Numbered from the whole stretch's first letter, positions 39,401 through 50,348 are shown. The stretch is 63,256 nucleotides of DNA, filler included, from Perkinsus chesapeaki ATCC PRA-425 (GCA_013115145.1; 8 parts of 8 records of this genome joined end to end with filler, not necessarily neighbours in it); one strand, 5' to 3'. Translations and numbers: made by a program. Notes: generated from the letters alone by a model not told the origin.

Positions 39401-41218
39401 GGTGAAAGCGAGCCCAGTGAGTCTGGCACGTCGTCGGTAGGTTGAGTTTTTGGAACTGGTGAACCTGTATTGGCGTTTCATTAGGGCTCGGTGAGGCAGA
39501 CTTTGGGCGGATATACCGGCATGGATTTCTGGAAGGAAGGCGATCCTTTCTACAGAGCCACGGTCAAGGTGCCATTCGACCAGGGAAAATATTGTCAGCT
39601 TGGAAACGAAGTTCATTACATTTTGCTCGATAAACTAGCCAGCAAGATCGCTTACAAGTGCCCGGATGGCACCTCAGGAGATACGGCATTGACGAGCGAA
39701 TGGGACAAGTTCACGAATGATAACAGTTGCAGTGGAGCGTTTGAGGCGGTGGGCCCAGAATCCGACACAAAGCCCATTCGCGCAGTCCTGGATATCTGCA
39801 TTAAGCTTTTTGGTGCGAGTGACTCTGGATACTCCGCTTCTATGGAGACGGTAGGATGGAAGGCTGGCGGGACATTTGACATGTTGTATTTTCAGAAATA
39901 AGAAAGGCACAATATTGTCATTAAGCGTCACGCGCCACGATAATACATGTTCAAATTGTTCCCTGTAAACTATCGTATCGGTTGCGTTGCTATAATCCAC
40001 CGTCACATTCGAGCAGGCCTCTTTTACCGTCTCTTGATGGTGCCCATCATCTCTATCTTTATCCTCACAGCAGCGCTCACCGAGGCTGATTTCGGAAAGT
40101 GAGTTGATGTTCACAATATTGGCTCCCGTTCCATCGCGGTTGGCAGGTCTTGGTTGAACACGATTAATTACTTCCGTTGCCTTCACGACGCTCCACCACT
40201 TGCTGAGGACTCTGAGTTGAAGCAGCTGGCCACACATTGGGCGCAAACGATGCGCAGCAAATCCCTCGGGGGTGATTCACATTCCGATCTGCAAAGGATC
40301 AGCCCGAGGGTCCGAACGGAGCTGGTTGTATCTTATAAGGGAGAAGGGTCGCCGATTTGCGCGCCTGGTGAGAGCAGCAATTTTAACGAGGACTGTGCGA
40401 CGCTGTCGTGGTATATGCAATATGACGAGTCCTGGAAGGGTGTTGGATCGTGGAAGGGCCGAATGCCGAACATTACCAACTTCTTTACGTTGGTGTTCAA
40501 GCCCTATGACCGTGTTGGCTGCGCTAAGATTGATGACAATTATGTCTGCCAGTTTGGTAGCTCGAGATGTTTGAGAATAGGTAATGCGAAGGGAGAGGGG
40601 AGGGAGATCTCAATTCGAGACGGTAGATCATTGAACCAATAAATGTTCACAGGAATAGCAGGACCTATTCGTATTTGGCTGGAAGTATCTACTACGGATT
40701 TCGCTATATATCACGGAAGCCAAAAAGACTCAACAGTCTGATCTCACTAAGGAATATCATAACAATCGGAAATGGCTTCCACATTATCCCTGACTTGCTG
40801 CATATGTACCCGTGGCTCCTCAGATTCCTCTACTGAGAATGGCCAGCCGGATGAAGCCTGTTTGGCGACTGATCCACCGTCTATGTCAACCTGGTGGGAG
40901 GGGAACTGTGAAGATGAGGTCAAGTGTGTGGCGGCAAGAAACGAGGATAAGTACAAAAATGACAGGTGCGGGAAATCTCCGGGAGATCTGGTGAGATTCC
41001 TTGCACGATGGCTGGCATTGTTGATACCTGAGTTCAGGATGCGCCTTATTCGGCTGGCAAGGGATGGTATAAAACGGTACGAATCGTTTGATGGTAACTC
41101 TCATACCGCTCCTTCCTCAAATCAGGTGGCGAAGGTAGCGGACAGCAGCGGCAGTCCTTCTGCTGGTTCCTTTGCCGTGGGGATCATCACTGCAGCTGCA
41201 ATGTTGATGCTCTATTGA
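36494..41218 (+). CDS. Secreted, probably GPI-anchored protein with two [unknown Cys domain + CAP/SCP] modules
   Basis: Spliced signal peptide MAWISVSWRSVFILSSALSATCQG. Two CAP domains (WLNSINALRCMHNAGPLAWDEELA...DRVGCG; LNTINYFRCLHDAPPLAEDSELK...DRVGCA). C-terminal small-residue plus hydrophobic tail SSGSPSAGSFAVGIITAAAMLMLY*. Confidence 0.8.
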
Positions 41219-41312
41219 GCCCCATCATGGGGCCCCCATGAAAAGCCTATTTGTCCGGCCGATCCATGTCGTTGCGTTGTTACTGTTGCTAAATACCCTA
41301 CTAGACCTTCCA

Positions 41313-43373
41313 ATGTGTCCAGCCCCGGTAGAGACCAGAGATAGTGTTAGGATCGGAGGCTTTTGTGGCTTCTGGGGTGACAGCCTCACTGCAGCACCGC
41401 AGCTGGTGCAGCGCGGGAGAGTGGAGTATCTTGTGGGGGACTACCTGGCCGAGCTGACCATGTCACTGTTGTACGGAGCAAAGCAGAGATCGGGCGGCAA
41501 GCTGGGGTATGCAACCGATCTGGTGGAAGTTATAAAGATGGTGGGAGGAGAGACCAAGGCCAGAGGAATAAAAATCGTAACGAATGCCGGCGGGCTGAAC
41601 CCAAAAGGATGTAAGGAGGTGATCGAGAAGATATATGAAGAGCGCGGTTGGGGGGAAATAAAGGGTAGGCGCGGGGAGAGAGGGTTGAGGAGGGGACGGT
41701 CTCTGTCGTAGTTGGGGTGGTGTACGGTGATGATGTCCTTAAGGAGATCGGTGACATTATTGAGAATGTGCCACATAAGAAGAGCCTCACTACGGCTAAC
41801 GTGTGGGTGATAGGAGGGAGGGGAGGGTGGCATGGTGGTGGTGACGTAGGTACCTCGGAGCTGCGCCTATAGTGGAGTGTTTGGCTTCTGGAGCTGACAT
41901 TGTCATTACTGGTCGAGTTGTGGACTCGGCATTGGTTTTAGCGCCGCTTATCTACGAGTATGACAACGAGCTAGATTGGACTCTACCGGCAGTTTAGGTT
42001 TGGTTGGTCCATGGACGACTTGGATTTGATGGCTTCGGGCACGCTGGTAGGGCACGTGCTAGAGTGTGGTGCGCAGGCCACAGGAGGGCTCATGACAGAC
42101 TGTATTGATGCGGGTGTGGCGGAGGGATGGTACGAGCGGGTGTCTGGCTGTGATGGGATGAGTCGGTCGAATTGGTCAGGTCGAATATGGGGTATCCTGT
42201 GGCTGAGGTGCTGGCCAGTGGGGAGTTTCTGTTGTCTAAACCGCCAGGGACGGGTGGCAGAGTTATGGTAGGAATGGTTGGAGTAAGCACTCAGTTAACT
42301 ATTGCTAATAATTGCACCGGTACCAAATACGCGGATATCCGAGAATAACGGTATGCTAAAACCATGGGGAGGGTCGCACTTATAGCTACACTGTGGTGGC
42401 AAGGGCTTACTGACAGCTTCCATTTATTTTACGCTTTTCACTGGCTCCCTGGAAATGAACTCGCGGCCGATTCAACTTACATCCAATTGATTGTGTAATG
42501 AGAAATGGATGATTAATGCTGATGTTATATGACTGATAAGCGGAACGCGTCACCTAAAACGCGAGCTTTCCGGCAAACTCTTCATTTTTTATTGCAGATA
42601 GCTGTGTGCGTCGGAAGTGCCTATGGAATGCCAAAAGGATTATTTACTACTGTTAAAAGGACTGCGTGATGCATTTTCTACAACTGGGGATATTCGAACT
42701 CCCTATTATATCACGGCACCTGAAAGGGGACTTCTGGCTTGTTTATTCAGGTTGAAGGCGTAAAGGAGCAAATCCTTTATGAGATCGGAGACCCCGGCAA
42801 CTACATAGTAAGATTGGCAGAGCCTTGTCGAGGGGTCGTACGGGCCGTCATTTCTTAAGGTGCCGGATGTCGTGTGCGATTTCACTCAAGTGAAAGTCGA
42901 CCAAGTCGGCAATGATGTCGTGAGGGTGTCCAACGCCAGAGGCAAATGCCCCACGGAGACATACAAAGTTTGTGGTAGGAATGCAACGGATGGGGGCGAC
43001 TCATCGCGGACCGCTGGTGGAAGGTACGTATCTGGACGGCTTCAAGGTCACTACTAGCATAATCGTTCGGGGGCACAACGCCGAGGTTAAAGCACGCAAA
43101 ACGGTGGAAGCCATTATTAAAAGTAAGCCGGCAGACTTGTGGGGATTGTTGACTATGGTTGGTAGGAGTGGAAAGGCATCTTGGTACGAAACTGGACGAG
43201 ACGAGAATTGAAATCATTGCTGGGGACTTTCAGGTGAAGGAATTACGACGGGCCAATTTGGAGAGTGCTTTTATTGCAGGCAATGGCAAGGCTGGCAGCG
43301 AAGCATAGAGATAGAAAAGTGTTGCAGCTATTGGCAAACGAGTTGGTTAGTGCAGGAACGTCGATGGCACCAG
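41313..43373 (+). CDS. atuA: Acyclic terpene utilisation AtuA (DUF1446) family protein, 3' truncated by a gap
   Basis: [85 protein letters not shown]. Confidence 0.9.
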
Positions 43374-43394
43374 GTGAGAAAAATACGAAAAAAA

Positions 43395-43463
43395 CACCCA
43401 CCGTGGGGCTCGAACCCACGACCACAAGGTTAAGAGCCTTGCGCTCTACCGACTGAGCTAGGC
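43395..43463 (-). tRNA. trnK-CTT: tRNA-Lys(CTT), first 4 nt lost in the gap, antisense within an atuA intron
   Basis: GCCTAGCTCAGTCGGTAGAGCGCAAGGCT-CTT-AACCTTGTGGTCGTGGGTTCGAGCCCCACGGTGGGTG folds into a full cloverleaf and is followed by a T7 Pol III terminator (43388-43394). Confidence 0.95.
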
Positions 43464-43563
43464 NNNNNNNNNNNNNNNNNNNNNNNNNNNNNNNNNNNNN
43501 NNNNNNNTTAATTAATTAANNNNNNNNNNNNNNNNNNNNNNNNNNNNNNNNNNNNNNNNNNNN

Positions 43564-46055
43564 GAATGATCTACGGCAGCAGCATTGCTCCGTCGTGCCT
43601 CGAAGGTGGCATGAGCCACGTCGAGCACGGCTTGGTTCCTACTCCCGACAACCTCCCACCTCCTCCGGTTCTCACTGATAATGGTAACCTTGACCTTCTT
43701 CTAGACCAGCTTCTTGACATCGCTGAGCCCGAGCCCGATCAATGCTCCTTCATGGACGACATTCTCGACTTTCGTGCGGATAACACACCTGCTAACGTCT
43801 TGCCCACTAAGTACGACGAGTACGACTTGCCTCTGAAGTCTCAAGCTCTCACTGAAGCTTCTGCTGAGAATCCTATCCCGGTTCTTGGTATCGAGGTTAT
43901 CGATAACGGGGATTCTTTGCGGTATCCTTCTAAACCTATCGACTCCATCGTTAACAAGTCCCTTGACTCGCCGCTCACCTACAGCGATTCACTCGGTCTC
44001 CTTGGCACCCTCTTGCAGGAGCCCGATTTCTTCGACTTCCACATCATTCCGGCGAAGAATTTACTCGTTGGTCTTATTAGCAAAGCTCGTGCAGTCCTTC
44101 ATCACACATGGAGCACTCCTATACCTACTGATGTTCAGGCCCTTATCCGAGCTTGGGTCGACTTCTTACGTGAACACCCACCACAAGCTATCCCGCGTCG
44201 TCTTCACACTGATCACGCTCTTGACGTCTACGTTGACGCCTCCAAAACCATGGTTGCTTATGAAGTCCGTCAGTTCGGCCGCCCCGTTCTTCGTGGTCAA
44301 CTCACTCTCACCAAGTCCCAGCGTAATTTACACATCAATGCCCTTGAGCTCCTTGGTATCTATTACGCCCTTGCTCGAATCCGTTTACTTGAGTTCGACA
44401 CTCGCATGAAGTTCACTGACGTCCGTGTGTACTGTGACTCTCTCACAGCTGTAGCTATCGCTCGCGATAGGCGAGTCCCCGGTGGTCTACATGAGGCTCT
44501 TACTCGCAAGTATCTCGAACTGATCATTGCTATTACAGGTACTCGTCAAGTTACTTACACACATATCAATGGCCACGCCAACTACGCTGACTCTGGTACT
44601 CGATCTACCTTGGTTGATGATATCCTTTCTCTTCGTGACAAGTACGACTCGGTTGACACCAAGCAGTCTACCTCCAGTCTAACTGCTTTTCCTGTTCGTA
44701 AGCGTGCAGATGCTTTTGATGATGATAGCATCGGCCGCCGTGTCCGGCTTCGCCACTCTGGTACTCAGTTGCCTCCTGCTACACCTTCTAATCACCACCC
44801 TCATGGACAAGCTTTGCCCGCTTCACGTTCTACTGACGATCTTCCTCCACAGGTACAGCCCGCTCCTACACCATCACCTGCACCTACCACTTCGAGGACA
44901 ACCGATGATATTCCTTGCACTCGTCTCATTGCCTACGCCTTTAAACGACTTCCCGATGACTTACTTCGCCGTCTTGAAGATCTTCCTTTGATCGATGGTA
45001 TCAAGCAAGTTGTTGATACTGACCTTCAACAAACGTTGGTTGAATTGTATCACTCTACTTACCACGAAGGTATCTATGCAACGTACGCTCGTATTAAGAA
45101 GTTATATTCCTGGTCGAACGTGCTAGATAAAATTTCAGCTACTACTAAGTCATGCCTTTCATGTGCGAAATTGTTAACACATGCTGGTGACCTTTCGTGG
45201 AAACAACGTCCTTCACCACAAGTTCTACCTTCTACCCCGTTCACTCACTTGGCTCTAGGTGTCCACGGTCCTTACTTCAACAAGTACTACGTCCTTACCT
45301 GCACTTGCAAGCTCACTACTTATCTCATATGCCGCGCATTGCCTACTGCACCGTTGGCTAGCGATGTCATCGATCTTCTCAACAACATCACTTGTGTCTA
45401 TGGTATTGTACCTACTGTCATCCGTAGTGACAACGGTAAAATTTTCCACAAGGCTGCTTCACAACTTACTCATGTGACCTGGGAATTTACTCCTACCTAT
45501 GCTTCTGTGTCGAACGGTCAGATTGAACGTAAACATCGTGATTTAGCTCGTTTCCTACGTCTCGGTTTTCTACACGCAACTCCACCTGTCGTCACGTGCC
45601 CTGATCCACACTATTGGACTCATCTTGTTCAAGTGGCCACTATGCGTGTCAACTTACTTGTCATTCCATCTGCCCACGGTCTCTGTGCACGCGATTTGGT
45701 ATACAGCTTCCCCACGCATGATCTCGTCTCTCTGACTTGTTACCCTCATGTCTCTGACAAAGATACTATCTGGCGTCAACATCGTCAACAAGCACTCGAT
45801 CGTTCACTATCACAAATACCACTTACACGTCGACAAGTTCCACTACAACCTGGTATGCTTATTTTACTCAGAGAAAATCAACCTCGTAAAGACCAACCAC
45901 GCTGGAGTGACCCTATCGAGATTAAAGAAGTTCGAGGTGATAACAGACTTCTCCTTACAGATGGTCGACATGTTCACAGCAAGAATATTAAACTTCTACC
46001 ACATAATTATGATGAATTTAATGACGATGACGATATTAGTATTGATGATGACTGA
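43564..46055 (+). mobile_element. LTR retrotransposon pol (C-terminal RT, RNase H, integrase), 5' truncated
   Basis: RT: YGSSIAP...SFMDDIL...VLGIEV. RNase H: YVDAS...HINALEL...YCDS...HINGHANYAD. Integrase: H-H-C-C zinc finger, IRSDNG and SNGQIERKH; the first catalytic Asp appears as Gly (ALGVHGP). Confidence 0.9.
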
Positions 46056-46178
46056 CCCTCTATTCTTTAATTCACATCCCTTGTATTGACTAAAACACAA
46101 AACGTTGTTCATATTTACTGTATATCTGATGAATTTTATCGTGATTATGTGAAACACCCCTGTAGTTTACACTTCATT

Positions 46179-46191
46179 AGGGAGGGGAGGA
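46179..46191 (+). other. Polypurine tract preceding the 3' LTR
   Basis: AGGGAGGGGAGGA lies immediately before TGTTGA, 124 bp after the pol stop. Confidence 0.75.
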
Positions 46192-48658
46192 TGTTGACCA
46201 ATACCTTGGTCACTTACTCTCTTGCATGATTCCCTAATGTCACACGAACATGGAATGTCCATGGAATTACGTGTTGTGTAACTCCTAACCACAATCTATA
46301 CCTTGTTGAGCATCAGTCATGGCACAGTACTCATCTCCGCCCTTCATAGGCCTTGTCAAGTATTGCATACTTGTCTTCCACATAGTCGTCGTATCCTCCT
46401 CATGTCCTCTCCACCATTGAAGAAAACCAGAAGAGGTCTCAGGTCTCCACTCAATTCCATTCGTCGCAAAATCTTGACAGCTCTGCGAATAGCAGGCCTC
46501 AGCCCTCTGCTTGAAGCAGTTCTTGACCATAATATACTAGTCGTTCGTCCTCGTGAAGCAACCACTATACGTTATGGGTATCCTCTTACAAAAAGTTCTC
46601 GTGGAAGCCAGCCTCATGATTATGCGCCTCCTGTGGAAGTGACTACTACACTTCAACACTGTCACTGGGCCTTATCTCAAGAATTCTTCTTGTCCACTGA
46701 CTACGAACTTCCTACTATGCTTCAAGCCACTGTAGCAATCCAGAGTAGGCTGACTCCTGCGGAACTTAACTGGATTAGAGAACACAACACAAAGTCTATT
46801 TCGTCTTGGATTGCTCATAAGCTACCTGCTTCCCATAAGACATCGCCAGCTGCTGCGCATTGGAATGTTAACCACATCTCCGAGCTGGTCAACCTGACTC
46901 ACTATGTCGATACCACTCTCTGCGAGAATCTTGCCGAGGGCTTCCCGCTTCTTGGTCAGATCCCCAGTGGTGGAGTGTTCCCACCTGCCACCAAGCCTCG
47001 GGTTGCAAAATTCGCAGCTGATGACCTTTCTTGTTCTACTGTCAGCTTGAGCAAGGTAGCTTCCTACCTCCTGCGTACGCCGGTGGAACAAAGGCTACAA
47101 GATGCAGTAATTTCGGATGTCTACAACGAAATCAAGCTAGGCAGGGCTACCGGACCCTATGACCTCCACGATCTGCCTGCGAGTATTACCTATGCTTCTC
47201 CATTATTTGCGATTGACCAAACAGACAAAATCAGGCTTATCTCCAATTACTCGTTTGCAGCAGGAGGTAAACGCTTCAACGATGCGGTGACTACGTCACA
47301 CAAAGTCGAAATGCCCAGGCTACCTCATCTGGCGAGGCTGCTATCGTCGATGCCTCAGACCACTGCGGATATGATACACGTGGCCAGACTTGATCATTTG
47401 TCTGCCTACAGGCAACTGCCACTTCTCCCGTGTGACGCCGTCAAAGCCGCTGGTATGTTCGTTGACAAAAATGGTGTTCCGAAGGTCTTCATTCCCTTGG
47501 TATGCCCCTTTGGGGCTGTTGCTAGTGATAGCAATTATCTTAGAGTTGGGGAACTGCATTGTCATCTGATTCGATGCTTGGGTTTCTGTAATTTATTCAG
47601 TTATATGGATGATTATTTCCCAGTAGAATATGCTGCGTGCAGCAACTCTTGCTTAGAATTTTTCTATTTTGTCCATAACCTCTCGGGGGCCATCATCAAA
47701 CATTCGAAGACAATCCCGCCTGCCTGTGAAACTACATTGCTAGGTCTAAGAATAAATTTACGGGATAGGAAGTGTCTAGTAACCTTGACTCCTGAACGGC
47801 AAGATCGTATTCTCTCTCAACTCAGGGATGCTACTCACGATATAACATTAGTTAACTCTAAACTAGCGGGACGGTTAGCTTTCTGTTGCGAGGCTCTGTT
47901 CGGGAGACTGGGTAGAGCTCCCTGTCGTACGCTTATTCGACACTCTATAGGAAAACCGGTGCCTGCAGTTAGTCTACTGGCGGCGTTACGCACCCTTATG
48001 TGCTTGCTCACCACCCATAGGTTCAGCAGAGATTTACTGCTCGAGCTTAGACTTACTTCTTCTACAGCACCTTTCATATGTTATGCGGATGCGTCAACCA
48101 CTTTTGGCTTGGGATTTTATGCACCTCAACAACATAATCTTCCATGTCTGAGTGGTTCTTTGCAGTTCACATCATCAGAAGTGTCTATTAATGTTCTAGA
48201 ATTACTAGCCGCAGCGTCTACCCTTGAGTCGCTTCATGCATGGTTCGAGAATAGACCTGTTATACTTTTCAGCGACAGTTCTACCTGTAGGTCGCTTTTC
48301 CATCACGGCTCTAGTTCGTCGCCTATACTTAACTCGATGGTAGGGCACTTCTGGTCTAGGCTTGTGGACTTACACGTGTATACGGTTTTCATTGCGTATG
48401 TTAAGTCAATTACGAATCCGGCTGACGTACCTTCGAGGGGTGGTGAAGTACTGCACTCCATCACAACTCCTTTCAAGTTACCGCCTTGGTGGCAAGGCTC
48501 GTTGTTGCACCAGTGGTGAGCCGGTATCACGTATTATATTCTCACTTTTCTAATGTTGACTGATTGAGTTAGTCTAACTACCTTAAATATTTTGCAGTAT
48601 CTCATATTTCGTCTTAGCATCATTCCCCATCATTCCCCCTCATGAATGATCTTCAACA
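46192..48658 (+). repeat. 3' LTR termini TGTTGA...TCAACA enclosing an RT ORF
   Basis: 6-bp inverted termini at 46192-46197 and 48653-48658. No second LTR is in the window for comparison. Confidence 0.55.
46303..48519 (+). mobile_element. Intact DIRS/Ngaro-type RT-RNase H ORF (738 aa) without gag or recombinase
   Basis: EGFPLLGQIPSGGVF, KIRLISNYS, LDHLSAYRQLP, CPFGAVAS, FSYMDDYF, LLGLRINL, YADAS, SINVLELLAA, FSDS, NPADVPSRG. Confidence 0.9.
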
Positions 48659-49130
48659 CCGACACTGCAACCAGCTGNNNNNNNNNNNNNNNNNNNNNNN
48701 NNNNNNNNNNNNNNNNNNNNNTTAATTAATTAANNNNNNNNNNNNNNNNNNNNNNNNNNNNNNNNNNNNNNNNNNNNATAATGAAAGTGAAAATGCGCGC
48801 CTCGGACTGGTGCTAGAGGGGAAATTAACAGAATAAAGGGGGAGGAAAAGTCAATCGGAGATGCTGGTCCGCATGGTTTGGAACTCGGCTGAAGTGGCAA
48901 AGGAAGTGCGCGTAATTGGATCAAGTAACGTCAATGTAATACTGGGAAGGGGGGCTAGTAAGTTAGCTTGGAATTAGGCGGAATGCGCAAGTAGTTAGAA
49001 AGTTAGAGGCACTCAAAGTTGGTCGGTGGGGGGTACGTGGAAAATTCGAAATTCGGCCAAGTGCAGGAATTAGATGGCGCGCAAGAATTTAATGCTACCC
49101 TCCCACTGTCTACCTGGACATGTATATGTT

Positions 49131-49212
49131 ACCGTAGCCTATTTGGCTCAAGGTAAATATCAGGTCTGCTCGCTAGGTTGCAGTCGTAAGGCGAATACCA
49201 GTGACGACCTTT
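49131..49212 (+). ncRNA. SL RNA: Spliced-leader (SL) RNA gene with variant 22-nt exon
   Basis: ACCGTAGCCTATTTGGCTCAAG (49131-49152) is followed directly by a GTAAAT donor, a GTCGT/ACGAC stem and T8 at 49210-49217. The ~80-nt length matches published Perkinsus SL RNAs (80-83 nt). Confidence 0.88.
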
Positions 49213-49543
49213 TTTTTGCAAATCAAATTGATTTGCACTCGGTGAAATTGCATTGCAGTTTGAGATAACATCTTTTGAAATTTCATGCAAGTCAATTTCA
49301 CCCCTTGGTCATGAATGAACCCCCGATCCCCCTGGACAATGTTGCTCATCGAACTGCAGAAATACAACATTGTACAAGGGGCGCGGGGATTTCCAACTAT
49401 GCGCTTCAGTGACTTGGCGAGCAAGATAGAGATAGGCAGGGATAAGATGGAGTTGAATGGAATTCGTACAAGTCAAGGAGACTCAGACATATATGGATTT
49501 CAGGATGTATTACAGGAGTATTGTGTAAGTCAATTATTAATAG

Positions 49544-49682
49544 TTGCCTCATGCGAGGCGCCCTAAAAATTGCGATAAGATCCGTTAGAATCTTACGACG
49601 GGAATTGGAGTAGTTTTCAACTAGCAAAAAGCGCATCTCCGCAAGGCGTCATAGATAGCGCTATTGCCCCTCCCGCAAGGAT
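49544..49682 (-). ncRNA. U4: U4 snRNA
   Basis: 5' ATCCTTGCGGGAGGGGCAAT; kink-turn C-TAT-GA-CGC/GCG-GA-G; TTGCTAGTTGAAAAC; Sm site AATTTTTAG; terminal hairpin GCCTC-GCAT-GAGGC. Confidence 0.92.
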
Positions 49683-49833
49683 AGTATGAAATAGCACTGC
49701 AGCCACTTGGCACACTAGGGATATGGCAGAAAGCTGGTAGTATTGAAGGGCATGATAATATAATTTGAAGGGCTTGATAAATTCTTTTGGGGAGATGACT
49801 TTGCTCACACGAGACATTCATTTGACTTGATAG

Positions 49834-49949
49834 TTGGAGCATTGGCTCCGCAAAAATTGTGAAAGTTCACATCAGTGCAGTCATGCCACACGGCAATCTT
49901 TAGTAAAAGGCGAAAGATTGATTCGCTTTGAGATGACCGCTGTGATGCT
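49834..49949 (-). ncRNA. U5: U5 snRNA
   Basis: Invariant loop I region AATCTTTCGCCTTTTACTAAAGATT, long closing stem, Sm site AATTTTTG, 3' hairpin GGAGC-CAAT-GCTCC. Confidence 0.96.
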
Positions 49950-50173
49950 AGTATATGGCGCGGAGAGGAGGACATGTGGATGCCAAGGAGGGGAAGTGCG
50001 GTAATATAAGGGGGGAATTGGCAAATCTTTTGGGACTTTACTTTATGGGCTGGGGTGAAATTTGGGGACTCAGAGGGGAATTATAGGGACTTGGAGGATC
50101 TTTAAAGGTACTTGCATATAATTCAGAGACACCCGTAGGGACTTTTTGGGGCATTATATATATTATTGATTAG

Positions 50174-50348
50174 TTGGTGCCTGCGCTATTTCTTCATTTG
50201 CGCAACGGCACCGCTACCAGAAATTTCGCTGTGGAACCCACACTTGGTGAGCCCTGGAGCTTTACAGTCCTCTGAAGTCGTGCAGTGAGCTGCTCCGCCC
50301 CACGAGAGCGAGCTGCTTGAGCCTCGCCCAACGCCAGCCAGGTAAGTT
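50174..50348 (-). ncRNA. U1: U1 snRNA
   Basis: 5' AACTTACCTGG; loop II CACTGCAC (U1A site); stem III CTCAC-CAA-GTGTGGG; Sm site AAATTTCTGG; stem IV GGTGCC..TGCGC/GCGCA..GGCACC. Confidence 0.94.

Noticed and set aside
43395-43700. Retrotransposon targeted upstream of the tRNA (Ty3-like)
   Set aside because: A linker gap separates the two, so adjacency and distance are unknown.
48778-49130. U6 or 5S gene completing the cluster
   Set aside because: No ACAGAGA box or 5S signature was found on either strand in the visible sequence.
49315-49566. 83-aa ORF in the snRNA contig
   Set aside because: No recognisable domain; it overlaps the U4 3' end and the hairpin element.
49868-49948. SECIS or riboswitch-like plus-strand structure
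   Set aside because: Fully explained as the reverse complement of U5.
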